Below, piece after piece: positions 46,982-56,330 of a stretch of DNA of 64,000 nucleotides. The position numbers and the translations under genes were made by a program. The notes under the pieces are model-generated. The model ran no database searches. It was not told where the DNA came from and saw only the letters and a list, made by a program, of their open reading frames with translations. Position 1 is the first letter of the stretch. Every line of letters begins with the position of its first letter. The stretch comes from Sandarakinorhabdus sp. (lineage in GTDB: Bacteria > Pseudomonadota > Alphaproteobacteria > Sphingomonadales > Sphingomonadaceae): positions 6,003-70,002 of the forward strand of contig NZ_JANPCD010000170.1 in the NCBI RefSeq assembly GCF_031430775.1, given 5' to 3'.

Positions 46982-48534
46982 CCGGCGAAGCGTTCCCGCT
47001 GGGCAGCGACATGGCGGTCGTCGACAATGGCCGTCTGGCGTGGCTCGAGGCCAATGACATCGGCAATGCCGAGCGGCTGAAGGCGCGATTCGGCAACCGT
47101 CTGGCCTGGCTGCCGCATGTGCAGTCCTGGGCTTTTTATGAAGGCCGATACTGGTCTGTTGAGGATGGCCCCCGGCAGGCGATGCTGGCGGCGCAAGTGA
47201 CGGTCAGGGCCATTGCCGACGAAATCGACGCCATGAAGGCGCTGGCCGAGCGGTCGCAGGATTGGCCGGAGTGGATGACTGCGGCGCTGTTGCGGGCGAG
47301 AATCAGCACGCTGGCGCAGTGGCGGATCAAGGCCGGCAACAGCAACCGCCTGTCAGGGCTGTTGATGCAGGCCACGGCCATGATGACGGTGGCGGATGAG
47401 GCCTTTGATGCCGACCCGCTGGCCATTAACTGCCGCAACGGCACGCTGCGCCTATGGCGTGAAGATGGCGTGCCGGTGATGCAACTGTTCGACCATGATC
47501 CTGCCGACAGGCTGACCAAGATGGCGCGGGTGGACTGGAACCCCAAGGCCGTCGCTCCAAGCTGGGAGCGCCATTTGGCAACGTGTCTGCCCAGCGGCGA
47601 TGTGCGGGCGTTTTTTCAGCAGGCCATGGGATATTGCGCCACCGGCCTGACCGATGAACAATGCGTGTTCCTGCTCCAGGGCAAGGGCGGCGACGGCAAG
47701 TCCACATCGATGCTGGTGATCATGCATGTGCTGGGCAGCTATGCGCTGACGGCCGGCGTCAATACCTTTTTGACATCGGGCAAGGTCAAGGATGGCGGCG
47801 GGCCGAGTTCCGATGTGGCGCGCCTGTCTGGCGATCTGCGCCTGGTATCGGCCGGCGAGCCCAAGAAGGATGCGATGATCGACGACAGCCGGGTGAAGCA
47901 GTTCACTGGCAGCGGCGAAATGACGGCGCGGCATCTGCACAAAGCCGAGATCAACTTCAAGCCGCGCGGCAAGTTGGTATTCGAATGCAATGGTCGGCCA
48001 AAGATATCGGGTGATGACGACGGCATCTGGCGGCGCATCGTCTTGATCCTTTGGCCGCACCAGTTCGACAAGAGCGCCCGCGTGCTCGGGTTCGAGAAAC
48101 AGCTGATGGAAGAAGGCCCTGGCGTGCTGGCGTGGCTGGTGCGCGGCATCATGGCCTGGATGAGCGCCGGCAAGCTTGTTCTGCCTGCCGAGGTTGAAAG
48201 CGCTGTCGAGGAGTACAGGCGATCGAACAGTCACTTTGGCAATTGGCTGACGGATCGGACGATCAAGGACGAGCAGGCGCTGACACCTTCAAAGGCACTG
48301 TATGCCGACTACAAGGACTGGTGCGAGCGCAACGACATCGATGAGCGCACCATGCTGACCACCACGAAGTTCGGCCTCGAACTGGGTGACAGGCAGTTCC
48401 TGACCAAGAAGAACAGCAAGGGCAACATCGAGCGGCGCGGTGTCAGGCTGCGTGTCGCGGCCGATGTCCTCGGCGATGACGACGCCATGGCGGCCTATGA
48501 CGACATGGCGGCGGCGTATGACGATGCGTTCTGA
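46978..48534 (+). CDS. P4/D5-family phage primase-helicase (SF3 helicase)
   Basis: 518 aa; Walker A LLQGKGGDGKST; P4-family C-terminal layout. Confidence 0.85.
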   Translation: MTGEAFPLGSDMAVVDNGRLAWLEANDIGNAERLKARFGNRLAWLPHVQSWAFYEGRYWSVEDGPRQAMLAAQVTVRAIADEIDAMKALAERSQDWPEWMTAALLRARISTLAQWRIKAGNSNRLSGLLMQATAMMTVADEAFDADPLAINCRNGTLRLWREDGVPVMQLFDHDPADRLTKMARVDWNPKAVAPSWERHLATCLPSGDVRAFFQQAMGYCATGLTDEQCVFLLQGKGGDGKSTSMLVIMHVLGSYALTAGVNTFLTSGKVKDGGGPSSDVARLSGDLRLVSAGEPKKDAMIDDSRVKQFTGSGEMTARHLHKAEINFKPRGKLVFECNGRPKISGDDDGIWRRIVLILWPHQFDKSARVLGFEKQLMEEGPGVLAWLVRGIMAWMSAGKLVLPAEVESAVEEYRRSNSHFGNWLTDRTIKDEQALTPSKALYADYKDWCERNDIDERTMLTTTKFGLELGDRQFLTKKNSKGNIERRGVRLRVAADVLGDDDAMAAYDDMAAAYDDAF

Positions 48535-48540
48535 TGCGGC

Positions 48541-48777
48541 ACGGAGAGTTGCGGATGGTCGACTGTCCGTTGGCTTTATTTCAGGGCGCGGGCGCGAATG
48601 GCGGCGGGCGGACGTGCCGCTGCAACTGTCCGTAACGGAGAGTTGTCGGGCAAGACGGGCGGTGCAAGTTCAATGGCTTGGGGGCGGCGACGGATAGACG
48701 GACAGTTGCCGCAGCAGTTTCGACATTTCTGCAAGCGGGCCATGCATAACAACAGACTTTCTCTCTAAACTCTCCGT
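48541..48777. repeat. cluster of six 11-mers ACGGA(C/G)AGTTG in both orientations (putative phage origin iterons)
   Basis: + strand copies at 48541-48551, 48635-48645 and 48698-48708. - strand copies at 48560-48570 (10/11), 48623-48633 and 48767-48777 (10/11). 48623-48645 forms a near-perfect palindrome. Confidence 0.7.
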
Positions 48778-48794
48778 AGAAAAGGATATCAGTT

Positions 48795-49403
48795 ATGAAA
48801 GAAATAAAAGCAGGACGGCCATGGGCCGGTGGTTCGGTGGCGGTCGATGCGCTGGTGGTGTGGGCGCTGCGCGATCAGCGGGCCGGCGATCCGCTTGAAG
48901 GGCTGTTCGGCATCGAGGCCGAGGCCATGGGCATGACGCCGCGCCGGTCCAGCACAGATGGCTGTGCCGCCGTGGAGCGCATCGCGGCCATGGGCTGCCA
49001 GGTGGACGGCGGCGGGTATAGCAGCGACGGTGCCGACCCGATCGCGGATCTGGTGGCCATGATGGCGGTGCAGGTCGGCGGTGAGGCGGCGCGGATGATC
49101 ATGGAGCATGGGCGGGCCGGGACGGAACCCGCAGGCTGGAACGTGCCGGCGCATTGGCTGGTCCCGGAACGGTGGGAAGCTGACGGTGATCTGGCGATGA
49201 CGACGTATGTGAACGGCAAACAGGGGCAGCACTGCCCGCTGATGCGCGTGAACTCGCCCGAGGGTGTCGAGGCGGCGCGCGAGCGGTATCTAATGTGGTG
49301 GGACGGGCTGGAGCTGCTGGGCTTTCATCTGTCGACGCGGGCGCTGGGCTTTGTGGTGCAGCAGCCCGGCGTGCCGCGAACGCCGTGGGAAGTGGGGGCT
49401 TGA
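48795..49403 (+). CDS. hypothetical phage protein (possible late regulator by position)
   Basis: 202 aa; the low-GC 5' end follows the iteron cluster; a strong terminator follows the gene. Confidence 0.55.
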   Translation: MKEIKAGRPWAGGSVAVDALVVWALRDQRAGDPLEGLFGIEAEAMGMTPRRSSTDGCAAVERIAAMGCQVDGGGYSSDGADPIADLVAMMAVQVGGEAARMIMEHGRAGTEPAGWNVPAHWLVPERWEADGDLAMTTYVNGKQGQHCPLMRVNSPEGVEAARERYLMWWDGLELLGFHLSTRALGFVVQQPGVPRTPWEVGA

Positions 49404-49462
49404 CGGCGAGCGATTGCATCGGGTAACCAGTCAGCATCTGGAAATTGTGAGTGCAGAAGAAC

Positions 49463-49495
49463 AGCCCGCCCGGCCTTGCCGCGGCGGGCTTTTTC
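49463..49495 (+). terminator. intrinsic terminator ending the early/replication region
   Basis: AGCCCGCC-(12-nt loop)-GGCGGGCT followed by TTTTC. Confidence 0.7.
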
Positions 49496-49625
49496 GTCCT
49501 GGGAAACCGTAGGTTCCTTTTAGGTGCTTACAGAGCGGGGTGCTTGCGCGATTGATTGCGCGACGTTTGCGTTCCGTGGAAAAGGCGCAAAGGCTGCAAC
49601 GGCTTAGGCCGCATTTGGAGAATTG

Positions 49626-51542
49626 ATGATCACACTTGGTGCCTCGCCGGCTCGGCGGGGCGGTCGCTTCCCCATTGGCGCTGCGTCAGCAGGTGCGGCG
49701 CCGTCCAGCGCCATTGTGCTGACGGGTGATGTGTGGGCGTTTGGTGCGTCGTCCATGGCCGGCGGCCAGATTGCGGCGGCCTCGTCTGGCGGCACCGAGG
49801 ATGCGCTGACCAATGTGGTGCGCGCGATCGAGGGGCTGGCGCCTGGCAGTCTGGCGTACACGACCGTTGGCGGTTCGCAGATCACGCGACCGGATATCGA
49901 TTACAATCTGACCGGCGCCAACAGCGCCCGCAAGATCAGGAACCGAGGCGCCGGCGGCGGTACCAGCGGCAGCGGCGGCACAATCGTGACAAAGATCACT
50001 GCGGCTGCCGGCAGTTTTGGCGCAAACGATTTCATCTTGCTACACCAGGGCGATAATGGTTTGTCGGTGCCCGGCCCCAATGTGGTCGAGACGCTGGCCG
50101 GTGGATATTCGGCAATGCGCACCCAGGCCGGCGCACGAAACTATATCCAGATCGTGAACACGCGCGGCGGGCGCGGTTCCGCCGATGCGGCGAATGGCGA
50201 GCCTTCAGGCACCGTGTGGAGCTTCATCAAGGAAGCGGCCTATCGCGTCGAGAATGATTTGAACCCCGGCAAGGTGTTCAGCTTTCACCAAACGCTGGTT
50301 GAGCGTGCGACCGGCCTTGACGGCGCCGAGCTGACCAATCTGGCGCAAGGCGTAATGCCGCGCACCTTTGCCATGAACGATGGCAGCCACCAGATCGGCA
50401 AGGGATATAACCTTCAGTCCGACGCGGTGCTGACCAATGTGATCGATGCCATAGCGGGCGGCACGCCGTTTCCGCTGCGCCAGATCATCGACGTGCAGCA
50501 GCCGGCCACCCCGGCGGCGGGCGATGTCATTGGCATGCTGGTGGCTTATGGCAGCGGCGGCACGTTTGCCCTTGATGCCAGCAACACCCAAAGCGATTAT
50601 GCCATCAGCTCGTCGGGCCAGATCACCCGCATTGGGGCCACGCCGCCGCTGCGCGATGTGACATGGATGGCGGTCAAGATCAGCAAGGCCGGCCGGTTTG
50701 ACAAGGTGCAGCCGTTGATCGGTATTGCCGAGCGCGCCGCGCCGGGTGTGTCGCGCCTGGTCGAGTTCGACGGGGACTGCATCATCGGACAGCCCGACAG
50801 CAAGCTCGCCAATGGCAGCAAGGTGACGCTGCTTTTCAGGGTGCAGGCGATCGAGGCCGTGCTCACCAACGTCATGGGGGCGTTTTCCACCACTGGCCTG
50901 CGCGTGCAGATTTCCGCTGCCGGCAACATCGATGTGCTTTGGCGCAACGCCGCCGTCACTACTGTGTCAATTCTGTCCAAGACTTCGGCAGGTGCGCTGT
51001 TCACACCAGCCAGCCCGGCGCGCTGGGTCGCGGTTTGCATCGACCTGTCGAACCCGGCGGCCGAGCGCACCGAACTTCATACCTGGGTGGACCCTGCCAG
51101 CGCCACGCGCGACGTAACGGTGCTGGCCGGTGCGAATCAGCCCGGCGTCGACACCACCACCAACTTCAATGTGGTGTTGAACCAGCCATGGTGCCTCGGG
51201 CATCAGACCATCAGTTTCAGCGGCACCCCGCCCGCGTTCGGCAAATCGCGCATCGGTGATTTTACCGTGTGGAATGACTTTGTAGACTTCGATGTGCTGG
51301 CCAACCGGCAGGCGGTGGCGAACGCCGATGGCACGCCCAAGACCGCATGGGTCAGCGGCGGCGGCGTCACCGATGGCAAGACGCCGTACATGCGCCTGGC
51401 CGGCAATGCCGCCAATTTCCGCATGGCGCGCATCACCGGTAGCGGCGCGCCCGCCACGCCCGGCGCATCGGGGCAATATTTCGCCTTTGCCAACCGGACG
51501 CGCGGCGCGGGCGGCGTGCCGGCGTTCCTGACGACAATCTAG
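49626..51542 (+). CDS. SGNH/GDSL-type hydrolase domain + LamG/concanavalin-like C-terminal domain protein
   Basis: Putative SGNH blocks: I VWAFGASSMAGG, III LLHQGDNG, V MNDGSHQ (DxxH). Beta-rich C-terminal half. GGAG lies 5 nt before ATG 49626. Confidence 0.65.
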   Translation: MITLGASPARRGGRFPIGAASAGAAPSSAIVLTGDVWAFGASSMAGGQIAAASSGGTEDALTNVVRAIEGLAPGSLAYTTVGGSQITRPDIDYNLTGANSARKIRNRGAGGGTSGSGGTIVTKITAAAGSFGANDFILLHQGDNGLSVPGPNVVETLAGGYSAMRTQAGARNYIQIVNTRGGRGSADAANGEPSGTVWSFIKEAAYRVENDLNPGKVFSFHQTLVERATGLDGAELTNLAQGVMPRTFAMNDGSHQIGKGYNLQSDAVLTNVIDAIAGGTPFPLRQIIDVQQPATPAAGDVIGMLVAYGSGGTFALDASNTQSDYAISSSGQITRIGATPPLRDVTWMAVKISKAGRFDKVQPLIGIAERAAPGVSRLVEFDGDCIIGQPDSKLANGSKVTLLFRVQAIEAVLTNVMGAFSTTGLRVQISAAGNIDVLWRNAAVTTVSILSKTSAGALFTPASPARWVAVCIDLSNPAAERTELHTWVDPASATRDVTVLAGANQPGVDTTTNFNVVLNQPWCLGHQTISFSGTPPAFGKSRIGDFTVWNDFVDFDVLANRQAVANADGTPKTAWVSGGGVTDGKTPYMRLAGNAANFRMARITGSGAPATPGASGQYFAFANRTRGAGGVPAFLTTI

Positions 51543-51555
51543 AAGGACTAGCCCC

Positions 51556-51909
51556 ATGCCCATGGCAAATGACCCCTATCAGTCCGAAGATCGCTTCGCG
51601 CTTTCGGGCGTCGCCAGCAACGCGTTCGAGGCCACGCCCAGCAACACGGTCGATCTGCCGGTCGGCGTCAAGGCCGTCGACATCGTCAACCGCGACGCCG
51701 CCTGGCAGCGTGTTGATCTGGTGCCTGTCAATTCCCTGCCGCCAACTGCCGATGGCGCCGCCGCCGGCCGTGTCGTCCAGTTCTGGACCCCGCCCAACTC
51801 CATCCGCCCGGTGCCGATGCGCGTGCAGCGCGTGATGCTGGCCAACCTCGGCGCCAATGTCACCGTCATCTGCTACACCGACGGCAACAACGTGGCCGGC
51901 ACTATCTGA
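51556..51909 (+). CDS. hypothetical beta-rich phage protein
   Basis: 117 aa; the stop overlaps the terS-like start (TGATG). Confidence 0.55.
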   Translation: MPMANDPYQSEDRFALSGVASNAFEATPSNTVDLPVGVKAVDIVNRDAAWQRVDLVPVNSLPPTADGAAAGRVVQFWTPPNSIRPVPMRVQRVMLANLGANVTVICYTDGNNVAGTI

Positions 51910-52541
51910 TGACCGACGCTGCTGTCCTTGACAGCAAGTCACAGTTTGCCGTGCGTGTCGGCCGCAACCCGTCGCAGGTGACGCGCTGGATCGCCAAGGG
52001 CCTGCTGACGGGCGATGCCCTGGTCGGCACCGGCACCAGCGCGCGCATCAATGTCGCCGAGGCGCTGCGCCAGTTGAGCAAGAAGCTCGATCTGTCGCAG
52101 CAGTTGGCGCAAGCCCACCCCCTTATCGGCCTCCCGACTGCCGCCGCCCCTGACCCGACGACGGCGGCATCTTCGGTGACGCGCGCCCCGGCTGCCGCCC
52201 CCTTGGCAGCCGGGGCTGATGCGCTGGCCGATGCGCGCAATGAACAGATCGAACTGCGCAACGCCAAGCTGCGCGCCGATATCGAACGCGGCGCCCGCGA
52301 AGATGCCGTCGCATCCGGCCAGCTGGTCGACATCGGCGCGGTCAAGCGCGCGCTGGGCCGGCAACTGCAACCGCTCGCCACCGTGTTCGACCAGGTGCCG
52401 GCCGCCGTCGCCAAGCCGCTCGCCGAACAGTTCGGCCTGCCATATAACGAAGTGCTGATCGCGGTGCGCCACGCGATGCGCCATCAGCGCCATCAGCTGT
52501 CCGAAACCCTGTCCAGCATGGCCGAAGGCACGGCCGCCTGA
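51909..52541 (+). CDS. terminase small subunit (Nu1-like)
   Basis: N-terminal HTH SQFAVRVGRNPSQVTRWIAKGLL; Nu1-like helical segment NEQIELRNAKLRADIERG; directly precedes and is coupled to GpA-type terL. Confidence 0.6.
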   Translation: MTDAAVLDSKSQFAVRVGRNPSQVTRWIAKGLLTGDALVGTGTSARINVAEALRQLSKKLDLSQQLAQAHPLIGLPTAAAPDPTTAASSVTRAPAAAPLAAGADALADARNEQIELRNAKLRADIERGAREDAVASGQLVDIGAVKRALGRQLQPLATVFDQVPAAVAKPLAEQFGLPYNEVLIAVRHAMRHQRHQLSETLSSMAEGTAA

Positions 52542-54583
52542 TGCTGCACGAAGCCGCCTCTTTCCGTCATCCGCCCTATGCCGATGCCGATGCCCTGGTG
52601 GCCGACGCCATTGCCGCTGCATTGCGCCCGCCGCCGCCCGTCGATCTGGTGGCCTGGACATCGCGCAACATCATTTTCGGCCAGAACGATCCGTTCCCCG
52701 GGCCCTATGATTTCGACAAGTTCCCGTTCTTCCGCCGCCTCCTGGCGGTGTGCGGCCCCGAAGATCCGGCGCGCACCATCACGTTCCGCAAAAGCGCGCA
52801 GATCGGCGGCACTGTCGTCGGCGATGCGTTCCTGCTCGGCCTGCTCGATCTGTCGCCGGCGCTGTCGATGTGCGTGCATCCCACGCTGCCGCAGGGCCGC
52901 GCCTGGGTGAACAACAAGGTCAAGACCAAGGTGCGCGCCAGCGTTGGCCTGCAAGCCATCCTGTCGTTCGACAATCCCAAGGATGCCAAGGCGACCGAAC
53001 TGCTGTTCGAACGCATCGACGCGCGCGGCGGCGTCATCGTCACCGGCGCCAATTCCGCCGCCAGCCTGTCGCAACACACCGTGAAATATCAGCATCAGGA
53101 CGATCTGTCGAAATGGCAAAACAATGATGCCGGCGACCCGGAAACACAGGCCGACAGCCGCAGCCAGGCATTCGAAGATGCCAAGGTTCTCAAGACCGGC
53201 ACGCCCATGGAACAGGGCAACTGCCGCGTCACCAGCGCGTTCGAGGCCGGCAGCCAGGAACATTACCATGTGCCCTGCCCGCATTGCGGTCACGTCCAGG
53301 CGCTGGAATGGCCGAACCTTCAGGCCAACATCGATGCCGCGCTGGCCGCCGACACGCCCGCCACCGATGGCGCGTTCTTCACCTGCGCCAGCGGCAACGG
53401 CTGCGTCATCGAAGAAAAGCACCGCAGCTGGATGGTCGATCCGGCCAACGGCGCCGCATGGGTCGCGCACAACACCGCTGCGCCGGCCACGCGGCTCAGC
53501 TTCCACCTGTGGACGGTCTATGCACCGCTGATGAGCTGGTCGCGCGTTGCCGAGGCCTATGTCACCGCCAAGGGTGACCAGGCCAAGGATCGCGCCTTTT
53601 TGAACGACGTGTGCGGCATCGCCGTGCAAACCGCCGGCGAAGCCCCCGACTATAATGTTCTCCACGAACGCGGCAGCGCCGCCGGCATCGACCGCGCCCG
53701 CGTCGCGCCGGGCTATTATTACCTGTTCGCCGGCGCCGATGTGCAGGCCAACCGTGTCGAGATTGGCATCTGGGCGTTCGGCCCCGATCTGCGCCGCCAC
53801 CCGGTCGATCACATCGTCATCGCCGGCAGCATCGCCGGCGCCGAGGAAGCCGACGTCAAGGCCGAGCTGGACAAGCTGATGGCGCGCAGCTGGCCCGATG
53901 CCTGGGGCAAGCCGGTAACGCTGACCGCCCTTGCCATCGATGTCGGCTATGAACGGCAAAAAGTGCTGGACTGGGTCAAGCGTCACCCGCCGAGCCGCGT
54001 GACGCCCGTGGTCGGCAGCAAGAACGATCACGCTGCCGTCATCGGCGCGGTGCAAACCAAGGAAACACTGGCCGGCGGCAAGCGCCGCCGCGCCGAACGC
54101 ATCGTCTATGAAGTCGGCGCAGCCCAGCTCAAGGCATTCCTGTACGGCGATTTGCGCAAGACCGACCCGATGACCCGCGCTGCCGTCGCCCTGGTGCGCG
54201 GTTTCTCGCTGGATTGGTATGAACAGCTGACCGCCGAAGTGCGGCTCGAGGTCGAGGACAAGCGCCACCGCAAGGCCTGGCGCTGGGACGTGCTCAAGGG
54301 CCGCCGTAACGAAGTGCTCGACTGCGCCGTCTATGCCCATTGGCTGGCCGAACTGCGCGGTTGGAAACGCATCACCGCCGAGCAATGGCAGACCGTCGCC
54401 GCCAACATGGACGGCCCCGGCCGCGACACGCAGGGCGCGCTGTTCAGCGATGCCCTGCCCGACCAGGTCGCCGCCGCGGCGCCGGGCCCGGCTGCCGTGC
54501 AACAGAACGAAACCCCGCCCGCATCATCTGCGCCGCGCCGCGCCGAATCCGATGCAGACGATTATTGGAACAGGTTCAGCTGA
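52541..54583 (+). CDS. terminase large subunit, GpA family
   Basis: 680 aa; zinc-ribbon-like YHVPCPHCGHVQALEW typical of GpA; lambda-like gene order. Confidence 0.9.
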   Translation: MLHEAASFRHPPYADADALVADAIAAALRPPPPVDLVAWTSRNIIFGQNDPFPGPYDFDKFPFFRRLLAVCGPEDPARTITFRKSAQIGGTVVGDAFLLGLLDLSPALSMCVHPTLPQGRAWVNNKVKTKVRASVGLQAILSFDNPKDAKATELLFERIDARGGVIVTGANSAASLSQHTVKYQHQDDLSKWQNNDAGDPETQADSRSQAFEDAKVLKTGTPMEQGNCRVTSAFEAGSQEHYHVPCPHCGHVQALEWPNLQANIDAALAADTPATDGAFFTCASGNGCVIEEKHRSWMVDPANGAAWVAHNTAAPATRLSFHLWTVYAPLMSWSRVAEAYVTAKGDQAKDRAFLNDVCGIAVQTAGEAPDYNVLHERGSAAGIDRARVAPGYYYLFAGADVQANRVEIGIWAFGPDLRRHPVDHIVIAGSIAGAEEADVKAELDKLMARSWPDAWGKPVTLTALAIDVGYERQKVLDWVKRHPPSRVTPVVGSKNDHAAVIGAVQTKETLAGGKRRRAERIVYEVGAAQLKAFLYGDLRKTDPMTRAAVALVRGFSLDWYEQLTAEVRLEVEDKRHRKAWRWDVLKGRRNEVLDCAVYAHWLAELRGWKRITAEQWQTVAANMDGPGRDTQGALFSDALPDQVAAAAPGPAAVQQNETPPASSAPRRAESDADDYWNRFS

Positions 54584-54789
54584 TGGCTTTCACCCAATCA
54601 GACCTTGACGCGATCGACCGCGCCATCGGCTCGGGCCTCACCAGCGTCAAATATGCCGATGGCAGCACCGCCGCCTATCGCAGCCTGGATGAAATGCTGC
54701 GCGTGCGCGACATGATCGCCGGGCAGGTGGCGCCTACGCCGCGCGCGGCCGGCGTCAACCCGCGCACCGCCTTGGCGACGTTCGAATGA
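54583..54789 (+). CDS. gpW-family head-tail joining protein
   Basis: 68 aa MAFTQSDLDAIDRAIGSGLTSVKYADGSTAAYRSLDEMLRVRDMI, between terL and portal. Confidence 0.8.
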   Translation: MAFTQSDLDAIDRAIGSGLTSVKYADGSTAAYRSLDEMLRVRDMIAGQVAPTPRAAGVNPRTALATFE

Positions 54790-56330
54790 GCTTTCTTGAT
54801 GACATCATCGGCGCGTTCGCGCCCGGCATGGCCCTTGACCGGGTACGCGCCCGCATGGCGCTGGACAAGCTGCGCGAATATGAAGCCGCGCGCCCCGGTA
54901 ACCGCCGTGTCGAAAGCTGGCGGCGCCGCGATGCCGGCCCGCAGGGAGAAGTGGCGCGCGGTGCCAGTGATGTCCGCCGCCTGGTGCGCGACCTGCTGCG
55001 CAACAATGGCTATGCGACGCGCGCCCACCGCAAGCTGGTGTCGGCAACCATCAGCACCGGCATCACCGGCGCCGTGCTGGACGCCAAGGGCCGCCCGGCA
55101 TCGGCAGCGCTGCGCGATACCTGGAACCGTTATGTCGATGAGGCCGACTGGTGCGGCGAACATGACCTTTACGGTCTGCAAATGCTCATCGCGCGCGCCG
55201 TTTATTCCGACGGCGAAGCGCTGCTGCGCCGCTATCGCACCAGCTTTGATGCCAACACCCGCACGCCGCCGTTCCGCTGGCAGGTGCTCGAGGTCGATCA
55301 CATCGACGCCGGCAAGTTCGATCTGGTGCGCGGGGCCGCCGACAATGGCTTCATTGATCGCGGCATCGAATATGACGCGCGGGGCCGCAAGGTCGCGCTG
55401 TGGCTGTATCCAGATCACCCGCAGAACCTGACGCCCTATCTGCGCAGCCGCTTCGAATCCGAACGCGTGCCGATCGGCGAAGTCGTGCAGATCTATGACA
55501 CGCTGCGACCGGGACAGGACCGTGGCGTCTCGATTTTCTCGCCGGCGATCATGCCGCTGAGCGACCTGGCCGATTACCTGACCAAGGAAGCAATGCGCAA
55601 AAGCATCGAGGCGGCGCTGGCGGTGTTCATCACCACGCCCGAAAATCCCGATCAGGGCGGCCTGACGCTGGGTGCCGGCGCCGGCAGTGACGCCGCCAGC
55701 ACCGACGGCGCCGGCAATACCCTGTCGCGTCTGATGCCCGGCATGATCACCCGGTTGAAACCCGGTGAAGCGGTCGACCCCGGCCCGGTGGCGCCCGTCG
55801 GCGATATGTCGCCGTTCGTGCAGCAAATGGGCTTTCTGGCGGCGGCCGGCGTCGGCGTGATGTACGAGCATATGACCGGCGATTTTCGTAACGTGAATTA
55901 CAGCAGTTTTCGCGTCGGTAGCTTCGACTTTGGCCAGTTCATCGAACAGCAGCAATGGCTTGTGTTCGGTCAGCGCATGTGCCGCCCGATGGCGCAGGGC
56001 TTTACCGAAGGCGTGGCCGCGCTGGGTATCAGCGGCGCCGCCGGCGTCAACCTGCGCTGGACGCCGCCGAACCCGGTGGTAAGCCCCGACCCCGAAAAGG
56101 ACGCCCGCGCCGACAAGCTGCAAGTTGAAATGCTGGTCAAGGCACCGTCGGAAATATCCGGCGCCCGTGGCTGGCAGCACGGCGAAATGCTGGAACGCAT
56201 CGCCGCCGACATGCTTGCCGCCGACGCTGCGCTGCCGCCCGGCAGCCGCAGCACCGCAGATCCGCGCAACCCCAAGGCCGGCACCGCCCCCGCGCCCGCG
56301 CCCAATCAGGAGAACCCCCCCAATGCCTGA
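54786..56330 (+). CDS. phage portal protein, lambda family
   Basis: 514 aa following terL-gpW; lambda-B-like length and N-terminus. Confidence 0.9.
   Translation: MSFLDDIIGAFAPGMALDRVRARMALDKLREYEAARPGNRRVESWRRRDAGPQGEVARGASDVRRLVRDLLRNNGYATRAHRKLVSATISTGITGAVLDAKGRPASAALRDTWNRYVDEADWCGEHDLYGLQMLIARAVYSDGEALLRRYRTSFDANTRTPPFRWQVLEVDHIDAGKFDLVRGAADNGFIDRGIEYDARGRKVALWLYPDHPQNLTPYLRSRFESERVPIGEVVQIYDTLRPGQDRGVSIFSPAIMPLSDLADYLTKEAMRKSIEAALAVFITTPENPDQGGLTLGAGAGSDAASTDGAGNTLSRLMPGMITRLKPGEAVDPGPVAPVGDMSPFVQQMGFLAAAGVGVMYEHMTGDFRNVNYSSFRVGSFDFGQFIEQQQWLVFGQRMCRPMAQGFTEGVAALGISGAAGVNLRWTPPNPVVSPDPEKDARADKLQVEMLVKAPSEISGARGWQHGEMLERIAADMLAADAALPPGSRSTADPRNPKAGTAPAPAPNQENPPNA

Noticed and set aside
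48541-48777. Interpreting the 11-mer cluster as cosB-type terminase binding sites
   Set aside because: The cluster lies about 3.1 kb and three genes upstream of the terS-like gene but immediately after the primase-helicase gene. An origin role fits better, although a cos/pac function is not excluded.
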